IMG/VR virus record: IMGVR_UViG_3300046786_000073
Coordinates: 1-31,321 of that record
DNA from: a virus
Lineage: Duplodnaviria > Caudoviricetes
Length of the DNA stretch: 31,321 nt
Strand: one strand, 5' to 3'
A program made the translations under genes and the position numbers. Positions 23,695-31,321 of this stretch are shown piece after piece; positions within the stretch are counted from its first letter, which is position 1, and each line of letters begins with the position of its first letter. The notes under the pieces are model-generated. The model was given only the letters and a program-made list of their open reading frames with translations, was not told the DNA's origin and made no database searches.

Positions 23695-24117
23695 ATGAGC
23701 GGACTTTTAGCGCCAGCAGAAGAAATTGTGATTGAAATCCAAGAGGCTGAGAAACCAGTCATCGAGGGATTGACCAAAGAATCCAACGAGAAAATCCGTG
23801 ACACTCTGATGGAAACTCAGATGCTCGGTCCGGAGAACACTCAGGAAGCAAACACAGAATATTGGCGTGGTTTGGCAAATGTCTGGCGTATCTCTCCAGA
23901 TCAAGCAAAACGCCGTTTGTGCGCGAACTGTGAATATTTTGATGACGCTCCTGAGACTTTGGAAGCAATGGAAGTTGTCCCGCAAGACGAGTTTGATAAG
24001 GACGGTGGTGGTCGGGGTTACTGTAATAAGTATACTTTCGTTTGCCACTCCCTCCGAGTCTGTCGCCAATGGGAAAAGGCTCCCGTAATGAAAGAGGATG
24101 AAAATGAAGCTGAGTAA
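23695..24117 (+). CDS. Hypothetical Cys-containing (metal-binding) protein
   Basis: LCANCEYF...GYC....FVC...RVC..W; AAAGG RBS. Confidence 0.75.
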   Translation: MSGLLAPAEEIVIEIQEAEKPVIEGLTKESNEKIRDTLMETQMLGPENTQEANTEYWRGLANVWRISPDQAKRRLCANCEYFDDAPETLEAMEVVPQDEFDKDGGGRGYCNKYTFVCHSLRVCRQWEKAPVMKEDENEAE

Positions 24118-24250
24118 ACCTCAAAAAGAAAAAATGGAAAAAATCGTTAAAGGCATGAAAAAATCCATGCCTGAAATGAAAAAATCATACGGAAAAGACG
24201 CTAAATCAGTAATGTACGCAACGGCAACGAAGTTAGCAAAGAAAAAGTGA
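24104..24250 (+). CDS. Small Lys-rich protein (48 aa)
   Basis: Not in the ORF track; MKLSKPQKEKMEKIVKGMKK...YGKDAKSVMYATATKLAKKK; GAGGA RBS; GTGA coupling. Confidence 0.75.
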   Translation: MKLSKPQKEKMEKIVKGMKKSMPEMKKSYGKDAKSVMYATATKLAKKK

Positions 24251-24864
24251 TTCCAAAAAAACTGCACTTTGTTTGGATCGGAGACGAGTCCAAACGCCCT
24301 GATAAATGTATCGGGACATGGAGAGAATTGAACCCAGACTATGAGATAAAAATCTGGGGCAATGAAGAACTAAAACAACCTTGGTTCAATGCCAAGCATA
24401 TGCAGTCGATGTTAGCCCATGAACTCTGTGGGGTCGCTGACATGATGAGATATGAAATCCTCTACAACGAGGGTGGGATTACGTTAGACGCTGATTCTGT
24501 CTGTCTCAGTCCCTTAGAAGATTGGTTGCTCAAACCCGCAGCATTTGCCCATTGGGAACAGGAAATCATGCGTCCTGGGTTGATTAACGTATCTGTAATG
24601 GGATCGGAAAAAGGAAACCCGTTCTTTGGAGAGTGTATTAACCGACTCCAAAAGAAAGCATCGGTGATTGACAAGCGAGCCTGGGAGACAACCGGACCTG
24701 CTCACATCACGGAGGTTTTCAGGGAAACGGGTTACGACTTAACTGTTTATCCGACACATTACTTTACAAAACATCACTTCTCAGGAAAGATTTACAAAGG
24801 CAATGGACACTGTTTCGCAACTCAATTCTGGGGATCAACTCGTGGATATGACGGAATTGATTGA
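24247..24864 (+). CDS. Glycosyltransferase, GT32/OCH1-like (DxD)
   Basis: IPKKLHFVWIG, W..LNPDY, AD..RYEILY..GGI.LDAD and TGP motifs. Confidence 0.9.
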   Translation: MIPKKLHFVWIGDESKRPDKCIGTWRELNPDYEIKIWGNEELKQPWFNAKHMQSMLAHELCGVADMMRYEILYNEGGITLDADSVCLSPLEDWLLKPAAFAHWEQEIMRPGLINVSVMGSEKGNPFFGECINRLQKKASVIDKRAWETTGPAHITEVFRETGYDLTVYPTHYFTKHHFSGKIYKGNGHCFATQFWGSTRGYDGID

Positions 24865-25465
24865 ACTCAGAGATGGGTGGTGGTGGCCGAAACACGACAA
24901 AGAGGCTTGGAAGTGGATTCCCAGGGAGATTCAAGCCCTTCCAGAACTGCTTAAATGGGTTCCAGAGCGCGGAACAATCATCCAGGCAGGTGCTAACTGT
25001 GGGGTCTGGATTAAAGCGTACTCAAGCCTTTTTAACAAGGTTTATACGTTCGAGCCAAACGACCTGAATTGGGAATGTTTACTGAGAAACGTAAACGAGC
25101 CAAACGTCAACATGACGAAAGCCGGACTGAGCGACAGGATGGGTTACTGTAAGTCTGTGGACGGAGAAGCTGAGAACTGGGGCGCGATGCAGATCGAGGA
25201 ATCTGATTCCGGTATCCCGATGGTGACGATTGACTCGCTTAACATTGACTGCGACCTCATCCAATTAGACGTTGAAGGATTTGAGGAAAACGCTTTGAAA
25301 GGTGCTTTTCAGACGATCCAAAGGTGTAAACCTGTCATCATCATCGAGCAAAAGCGACTCGGAAAAAACGGCATGACAGACGCTGAAATTGCTATAATGA
25401 TCCAAGACTGGGGTTATTATTTCGCTGAAAGAGTGATCTCAGATAATGTCTTTATCCCGAGGTGA
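24848..25465 (+). CDS. FkbM-family SAM-dependent methyltransferase
   Basis: IQAGANCG, VYTFEP, TIDSL and LIQLDVEGFE..ALKGA..TI..CKP.I..E motifs; start re-called at MTELIEL. Confidence 0.9.
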   Translation: MTELIELRDGWWWPKHDKEAWKWIPREIQALPELLKWVPERGTIIQAGANCGVWIKAYSSLFNKVYTFEPNDLNWECLLRNVNEPNVNMTKAGLSDRMGYCKSVDGEAENWGAMQIEESDSGIPMVTIDSLNIDCDLIQLDVEGFEENALKGAFQTIQRCKPVIIIEQKRLGKNGMTDAEIAIMIQDWGYYFAERVISDNVFIPR

Positions 25466-25740
25466 GCATGATAAAACGAGGCTCAGAGGAGTTTTCAGGT
25501 TATAACAAACCTAAGAGGACTCCGAATCACCCAACGAAAAGCCATGCTGTTTTAGCCAAGTCTAATGACCAAGTTAAGTTAATCAGATTTGGTCAGCAGG
25601 GAGTTAAGGGTTCTCCAGAGCGTAAAGGCGAGTCTGAAGCAGATCGTAAACGTAGGGAAAGTTTCAAGGCTCGCCATGCTGAAAACATCGCCAAAGGCAA
25701 AATGAGTGCGGCATGGTGGTCGGCGCGCGAGAAGTGGTGA
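25462..25740 (+). CDS. Basic hypothetical protein (DUF6321-like)
   Basis: YNKPKRTP.HP.KSH, IRFGQQG, R.SFKARH and SAAWWS...KW motifs. Confidence 0.75.
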   Translation: MSMIKRGSEEFSGYNKPKRTPNHPTKSHAVLAKSNDQVKLIRFGQQGVKGSPERKGESEADRKRRESFKARHAENIAKGKMSAAWWSAREKW

Positions 25741-25805
25741 CGAAAGTAAAATGGTAAAATAAATTAACTTAACCACGCCAACGAGCCGTAAGGAATTGGT
25801 AAGAA

Positions 25806-26138
25806 ATGAATAAAGTAGAGAGCGGAAATTCTGCTAACCTGACCAACCGAGGCAGAGGAAGACCCAAGGGAGTGCCTAATCGGTCCACCATTGAGTTTCG
25901 AGAGACTATTAGTGCTCTGCTATCGGATAACTCTGAAAACGTCCAGAAGTGGCTTACAGACGTTGCAAACGGAAACGAAGATCGCAAGCCTGATCCTTAC
26001 AGGGCTTTGGACTTACTGGCTAAACTTGCAGAGTATGCAGCTCCTAAACTGTCACGGACTGAGATGACCGGACCAGAGGGTGGAGCGATACAGATCAGCG
26101 GCATTTCAATCAATCTGAAACGTCCGAATGAATCTTGA
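25806..26138 (+). CDS. terS: Terminase small subunit
   Basis: GRPKG.PN..T, Y..PKL.R.E.TG..GG.I motifs; immediately upstream of terL. Confidence 0.75.
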   Translation: MNKVESGNSANLTNRGRGRPKGVPNRSTIEFRETISALLSDNSENVQKWLTDVANGNEDRKPDPYRALDLLAKLAEYAAPKLSRTEMTGPEGGAIQISGISINLKRPNES

Positions 26139-27375
26139 ACTAGACTTCCCTGAGAAGCTAGATTTCTTATTTGAGCCTCACCGATTCAAAATCCTTTACG
26201 GAGGAAGGGGATCGGGTAAGTCTTGGTCTGCTGCCAGGGCACTTATTGCCATTTCGCTTCAAAAGCCAACTCGTATCCTCTGTGCGCGTGAACTTCAGAA
26301 TTCGATCTCTGACTCCGTTCTTGCCTTATTAGCTGACCAGATTAAGGCGATGGGGCTTGAGTCATTGTTTGACATTCAGAGAACAGCAATCTACGGAGCG
26401 AATGGCTCTGAGTTCTCTTTCGTTGGATTGAAGCACAACGTCACCTCCATAAAATCATATGAGGGTGTAGACATCTGTTGGTGTGAGGAAGCACAAGCGA
26501 TCTCAAAGGTATCATGGGAGACTCTAATCCCAACCATCCGAAAGCCAGGCAGTGAAATCTGGGCAACATTCAACCCCGACTTGGACACTGATGAGACTTT
26601 TAAAAGGTTTGTACTTAATCCTCCTCCTAACGCAGTTGTCAGGAAAGTTAACTGGTCGGACAATCCGTGGTTTCCGCAGGTTCTTAAAGAAGAACTAACC
26701 CACCTAAAAGAAAAAGACCCTGATGCCTATCTAAACGTTTGGGAAGGGCACACCAGACAAATGCTGGATGGGGCTGTCTACGCTCAAGAGTTAAGACAAG
26801 CCCAAGAGCAGAACAGAATCATTGATCTCATTATTGACAAGACCATTCCGGTTCAAACCTTCTGGGACTTGGGATGGGCTGACATGACGTCTATCTGGTT
26901 TGTTCAGGTGATCGCCGGAGGTGAGGTTCGAGTCATTGATTTCTACCAAAACTGCCAAAAGCCGATTGACCACTACGCCCAGGTTCTTCAGGACAAGGGA
27001 TATATCTACAAAGACTGGTGGCTCCCTCACGATGCCGAGCATAAGAACATGACCGGAAAGAGTGTTAAGGACATTCTGGAGGGAATGGGAAAGCCTATCC
27101 GAATCACGCCTAAACTGTCTGTGGCTGACGGGATTAACGCTGCTCGAATGTTGCTTAACAGGGTATTCTTTGACGTTAACCGCTGTGCTGATGGTCTTCA
27201 GAACTTGAGACATTATCGGTATGACGTTGATCCTAATACTAAGATGTTCTCGAACAAACCTTTGCACGACCAGCACTCACACGCTGCCGATGCTTTCCGC
27301 TACCTTGCGGTTGGACTTGATGAGAGTCCGAAGTGGGGTTCTTCTATTAACAAACCTCCGAAATGGATCGTCTGA
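26128..27375 (+). CDS. terL: Terminase large subunit (PBSX/P22-like)
   Basis: YGGRGSGKS Walker A, WCEEA Walker B, TFNP, WDLG..D nuclease and SH.ADAFRY motifs. Confidence 0.95.
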   Translation: MNLELDFPEKLDFLFEPHRFKILYGGRGSGKSWSAARALIAISLQKPTRILCARELQNSISDSVLALLADQIKAMGLESLFDIQRTAIYGANGSEFSFVGLKHNVTSIKSYEGVDICWCEEAQAISKVSWETLIPTIRKPGSEIWATFNPDLDTDETFKRFVLNPPPNAVVRKVNWSDNPWFPQVLKEELTHLKEKDPDAYLNVWEGHTRQMLDGAVYAQELRQAQEQNRIIDLIIDKTIPVQTFWDLGWADMTSIWFVQVIAGGEVRVIDFYQNCQKPIDHYAQVLQDKGYIYKDWWLPHDAEHKNMTGKSVKDILEGMGKPIRITPKLSVADGINAARMLLNRVFFDVNRCADGLQNLRHYRYDVDPNTKMFSNKPLHDQHSHAADAFRYLAVGLDESPKWGSSINKPPKWIV

Positions 27376-27545
27376 TGTATTTACTAAAACAAGGGGATAT
27401 GGTTCCCTCCAAGCGTGTTGACGCACTCGAACAACGCATTGAAATGCTTGAAAATTTAATTAAGGTATTACAATCGGAACAAAAGCCCAAGATGGGCAGG
27501 CCACCGAAAGGCACAAATGAGCCAAGAACTGAAAGCGATCATTGA
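27375..27545 (+). CDS. Small coiled-coil protein with GRPPK motif
   Basis: TGATG coupling to terL; LEQRIEMLE...KMGRPPK. Confidence 0.65.
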   Translation: MYLLKQGDMVPSKRVDALEQRIEMLENLIKVLQSEQKPKMGRPPKGTNEPRTESDH

Positions 27546-29550
27546 ATCCGAGATTGACAATGCACTCGGATATTTAGAAACCGAAACAACGATCCAGCGT
27601 GAGGATGCTCTAAGGGCTTACCTCCGTCAGCCTTATGGAAATGAGGTTGAGGGAAAGAGCCAGATCGTTACCGGAGAGGTCGCTGAAGCTGTTGATGGTG
27701 CTTTACCCTCTCTTGTTCGCATCTTCACAGGCTCTGATGAGGTCGTAAGGTTTGACCCTCGCGGTCCTCAAGATGAGCAAGCCGCAAAGCAAGCAACGGA
27801 TTACTGTAACTGGGTTCTTCAACGTGACAACGATGGAACCTTGATTCTTCACGACTGGTTTAAAGACGCACTGCTTCAAAAGGTCGGAGTGGTAAAAGCG
27901 TATTGGGACGAGTCTGAAGATATTACGCGAGAGAAGTATCAGAACCTCACAGAAGACGAATTGGCTATGCTGATGGCTGATGAGTCAATGGAGATTGTCG
28001 AACAAGACACCCAGACATTCCCTGTTGTTGGACCGGATGGACTTCAACCCATCGGACCGGATGGGATGCCTGCGACCTATTCAATCTACGCTGTTACCGT
28101 TCAAAAGAAATCCAAGACAGGCAAGGTTGTTATCGAGAACATTCCCCCCGAGGAGTTCTTGATCTCGAAACGCGCCAGGAACATTCAAGACTCTCCGTTT
28201 GTCGCGCATCGCCGACTGATGACTCGCTCTGATTTAGTGGCGATGGGATTCTCCAAGAAGATCGTAGAGAGTCTGCCTGCTTCTGATTCTTTGACATACA
28301 CACCGGAGCGTCTGGCTCGATTCGACAACGGTGAGATTCCTGATGACATGGCATCCTTGGATACCTGGATGCAGACTGTCGAGGTTTTTGAGTGCTACAT
28401 CCGCAAGGGAACGAAGCGCGGCATTGCCCAACTCAAACAAGTTTTCTACGCCGGAAGCGAGATTCTGAGCGAAGAAGACAGCGACTATATCCCGTTTCAT
28501 TCTCTGTGCCCGATTCCGATTCCGCACAAGTTCTTTGGTAACTCACTCGCGGATAGGACTGTTGATCTTCAGCTCATCAAGACAACGATCACCCGTCAGA
28601 TGCTGGACAATATGTATCTGACCAACAACAACCGAGTGGTTGCAGTGGATGGTCAGGTCAACCTTGATGATCTCTTGACATCTACCGCAGGTGGCGTGAT
28701 TCGAGTCAAGTCTCCTGGTGCTGTCCAACAGTTGGCAGTCCAGAACATGGCTGCTGGCTCGTTCCCCATGTTGCAATACTTGGATCAAGTCCAACAGAAA
28801 CGCACCGGAGTGACGGATGCCTCTCAAGGTCTTGACCCTTCAATCCTTCAAAACGTGACTGCCGCTGCGGTTGCCTCGATGCAACAATCTGCCGCAGGTA
28901 AGATTGAGATGATCGCTCGAATCTTCGCAGAAACGGGCGTTAAATCGCTTTTCAAGGGAATCCTGCATCTGCTATGTAAGTACCAAGATAAACCCCGTGT
29001 GATCCGTTTGCGTGGCAATTATGTGGCGTTTGACCCTCGGGAATGGTCGAATCAGTACGACATTGACGTCAATGTGGGATTGGGCGCAGGAAATCGCCAG
29101 GAACAGATGGCAATGCTCTCGATGGTTCTCCAGAAACAAGAGCAGATGCTGGCGCAGTATGGTCTGAACAATCCTCTGGTGAGTTTGGGTCAGTACCGGA
29201 ACACTCTGGGTCGGATGGTTGAAGCCGCAGGGTTTAAGGATTCTGCTGAGTTCTATAAGCCGATCACGCCTGAAGTTGAGCAACAGATTGCCCAACCGCA
29301 ACAACCTCAGCCTGATCCGGCTTTGCAAGCGATGATGGCTAAATCTCAAGCTGACATTCAAGTCCAGCAAGCCAAGGCTCAAGCAGACATTCAGTTGGCA
29401 AGGGAGAAGGCGGCTGCTGAGTTGCAACTCCAACAACAGAAGTTCATGGCTGAGATGGAGATGAAGCGTCAAGAATTTGAGGCTGAAGCACAACTCAAGG
29501 CGATGAAGGTTGGCGCAGGCATTACCTCCAACATTGAAATTCCTGGGTGA
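27517..29550 (+). CDS. Portal protein (P22-like, with C-terminal helical barrel)
   Basis: 677 aa; GNEVEGKSQIV, DALLQKVGVVK, IPPEEFLI and PIPHKFFG motifs; Gln-rich coiled-coil tail. Confidence 0.93.
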   Translation: MSQELKAIIESEIDNALGYLETETTIQREDALRAYLRQPYGNEVEGKSQIVTGEVAEAVDGALPSLVRIFTGSDEVVRFDPRGPQDEQAAKQATDYCNWVLQRDNDGTLILHDWFKDALLQKVGVVKAYWDESEDITREKYQNLTEDELAMLMADESMEIVEQDTQTFPVVGPDGLQPIGPDGMPATYSIYAVTVQKKSKTGKVVIENIPPEEFLISKRARNIQDSPFVAHRRLMTRSDLVAMGFSKKIVESLPASDSLTYTPERLARFDNGEIPDDMASLDTWMQTVEVFECYIRKGTKRGIAQLKQVFYAGSEILSEEDSDYIPFHSLCPIPIPHKFFGNSLADRTVDLQLIKTTITRQMLDNMYLTNNNRVVAVDGQVNLDDLLTSTAGGVIRVKSPGAVQQLAVQNMAAGSFPMLQYLDQVQQKRTGVTDASQGLDPSILQNVTAAAVASMQQSAAGKIEMIARIFAETGVKSLFKGILHLLCKYQDKPRVIRLRGNYVAFDPREWSNQYDIDVNVGLGAGNRQEQMAMLSMVLQKQEQMLAQYGLNNPLVSLGQYRNTLGRMVEAAGFKDSAEFYKPITPEVEQQIAQPQQPQPDPALQAMMAKSQADIQVQQAKAQADIQLAREKAAAELQLQQQKFMAEMEMKRQEFEAEAQLKAMKVGAGITSNIEIPG

Positions 29551-29553
29551 TTT

Positions 29554-31140
29554 ATGGCTACACTTCAAGAATTATCTGACTTTGAAAAAAGCATCCCTCA
29601 AAGCGTTATTGATGCAATTATGGGTGCTCCAGTCGGACGCCCATTGACATATGTTGCTTCAATAAACGGATTAAGTCCATCACTTGTTTATCAATTTAAA
29701 ACTTCAAAATCTGAAATTGACAAATTCAATGCTTTGGCTCCTGAACAAAAGTCTAAGATAGAAGCTGTTAATAAAATTTTATCGGCTGGAAACAATGGGA
29801 ATTCAGGTCTTCAAGTTTCAATGTCTGATGTATTGAATAATCCAAATTCAACTCCGCAACAACTTGCAAACAAAAAAGTTATTGATTATTGGAGCAATGA
29901 GTCAGAAGCATTTAGCAGGGTAATTAACGCTGCCAACACAAGTCCTGAAAAGCTCAAAGTTATAAACACTGAAAACGGACTAGCTCTTACGACTGGTGAG
30001 AATCCTGGGTACGATACTTTGTATCTTAATCCTACTGGTCAACCAAATGTTTATAACTTTACAACTTATAACCAAAAAGCTGGTGGAAACATTCATGGTG
30101 TAATTGGAGTAAATGCAGATACTGGTCAGGTTTCTCCAGTAGTTGATGCTGCTAAACAGTTTGCATACACACCAGGATCAAGTGGTAGTTTTTTTGGTGG
30201 GCTAATTGGTTCGTTGGGAGATATTTTCAAAGACCTTGGACCTATCGGTGTTGTTCTTGGAAACATTGTGACGCCTGGTCTTGGAACTGCATTAGGTGTT
30301 ATCACTGCAATTGATGAAGGCGCAGATATTGAAGACATTGCAAAAAACATTGCAATCGGTGAAATAGTTAATCAAGTTGGAGTCGGTACTGAATTAACAG
30401 ACTCTACCGTTGCCGCTGATTTGGTGGATAACACACTAAAAGGATTGCTTACTGGGCAAGACTTAGATCAAGCATTGACAAACTCTGTTGTCAGTTCTGT
30501 TGCTGGTGAGGTTACAAATCAAACTAGAGATGACTTCCAGGCTGACGTTGAAGACGTTTTAGATTCTCCTGCAAGCACTCCTGTTTCTGACTTTTTGTCA
30601 GATGTGAATGACGTCCTTGATTTACCAATAATGCCAGAGCCTGTTTCTGGTCAAGACTTGGCGGCAGATGCAATTCCTGGCAATACGATTGATGATATTA
30701 TCAATGTTTTGCCTCCTCTTACTGAGCCTCAATTACCTCCGGCTCCTCCTGCTCCGACAGAGCCAGGACTCACCAAGGCTCAAGTTGAGACATTGATTAA
30801 AACTGCATTGGCTGCGACTGCTGCCGATCAAGTAATCAATCAGCCAGAAACCAAGCCTCCAGGCTTTGACATTGTTCCTGTCCCAACTGACTGGAAGTCT
30901 CCGGTTTATGACCAGAGTTTCACTCCAATTGATTTGGACAGCATCTTCCAGAACTTGCAAGGCGCGCAGACACAATGGAAGCCTCGTCCTAGTATCACTG
31001 GTGGTGCTTTCATGGGCAGTCCTGTTAACATTAGTGACATTGTTAACCAGATCATGGGGTCAGAATTGACGCCTCAAGCCATGCCAACGAATATCACAAA
31101 CGCAGTGGGGGGTGTCCTTGGATCGACCACAGCTCGCTAA
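29554..31140 (+). CDS. Large acidic hypothetical protein with Gly-rich hydrophobic segment
   Basis: 528 aa ORF between the portal and the conserved pre-scaffold gene. Confidence 0.75.
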   Translation: MATLQELSDFEKSIPQSVIDAIMGAPVGRPLTYVASINGLSPSLVYQFKTSKSEIDKFNALAPEQKSKIEAVNKILSAGNNGNSGLQVSMSDVLNNPNSTPQQLANKKVIDYWSNESEAFSRVINAANTSPEKLKVINTENGLALTTGENPGYDTLYLNPTGQPNVYNFTTYNQKAGGNIHGVIGVNADTGQVSPVVDAAKQFAYTPGSSGSFFGGLIGSLGDIFKDLGPIGVVLGNIVTPGLGTALGVITAIDEGADIEDIAKNIAIGEIVNQVGVGTELTDSTVAADLVDNTLKGLLTGQDLDQALTNSVVSSVAGEVTNQTRDDFQADVEDVLDSPASTPVSDFLSDVNDVLDLPIMPEPVSGQDLAADAIPGNTIDDIINVLPPLTEPQLPPAPPAPTEPGLTKAQVETLIKTALAATAADQVINQPETKPPGFDIVPVPTDWKSPVYDQSFTPIDLDSIFQNLQGAQTQWKPRPSITGGAFMGSPVNISDIVNQIMGSELTPQAMPTNITNAVGGVLGSTTAR

Positions 31141-31321
31141 GAATCTAATAAACGATGATTTCTTCAAAGAGGAAATGGATCGTTTGCGTCAAGCTGAGAT
31201 TAACAATATCTTGAATTCTCAGCCTGACGAACAAGACAAAAGAGAGATTGCATACGTTAAGATAAATGCAATACAATCAGTATTAACACATTTTGAGTCG
31301 ATTGCTAACACAAAGTTAATC
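31118..31321 (+). CDS. Small conserved pre-scaffold protein (partial)
   Basis: TTG start; MDRPQLAKNLINDDFFKEEM...REIAY.KINAI...; open to the window end. Confidence 0.6.
   Translation, partial: MDRPQLAKNLINDDFFKEEMDRLRQAEINNILNSQPDEQDKREIAYVKINAIQSVLTHFESIANTKLI

Noticed and set aside
28030-28064. GGACCGGATGG direct repeat in the portal gene
   Set aside because: Encodes a GPDG-x4-GPDG loop duplication; no sign of a separate element
1-31321. Stop-codon reassignment
   Set aside because: Standard code gives near-complete coding density, and TAA, TGA and TAG all end genes

Overview
Nearly complete, circularly permuted genome of a small P22/lambdoid-organised short-tailed dsDNA phage. A proteobacterial (probably Burkholderiales-type, freshwater) host is an inference from gene content only. 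The window opens in the last 27 codons of the major capsid gene. It then runs through head-completion, tail and ejection genes, an S74-chaperone tail fibre, a multi-gene lysis cassette with a GH19 endolysin, a leftward early arm (ERF, YqaJ, SSB), a cro-only control region, a DUF1376-type replication initiator with heptamer iterons, a nin-like region, GT32 and FkbM genes, terminases and portal. It ends just before the expected scaffold and capsid genes. No CI repressor, integrase, polymerase, helicase, tRNA, RT or CRISPR is visible. The most striking features are in the short non-coding gaps. Three AT-rich HNH-AP2 endonuclease insertions each carry a different control module: a kissing-loop terminator, a C4/CI-type antisense RNA, and a hybrid leaderless promoter with a rebuilt yqaJ start. 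Three unrelated leaders (two HNH genes and the replication initiator) share one design: an exposed anti-Shine-Dalgarno loop with two complementary target copies, one of which is the real RBS. All structures were folded by eye and all protein calls come from motif recognition; no searches were run.
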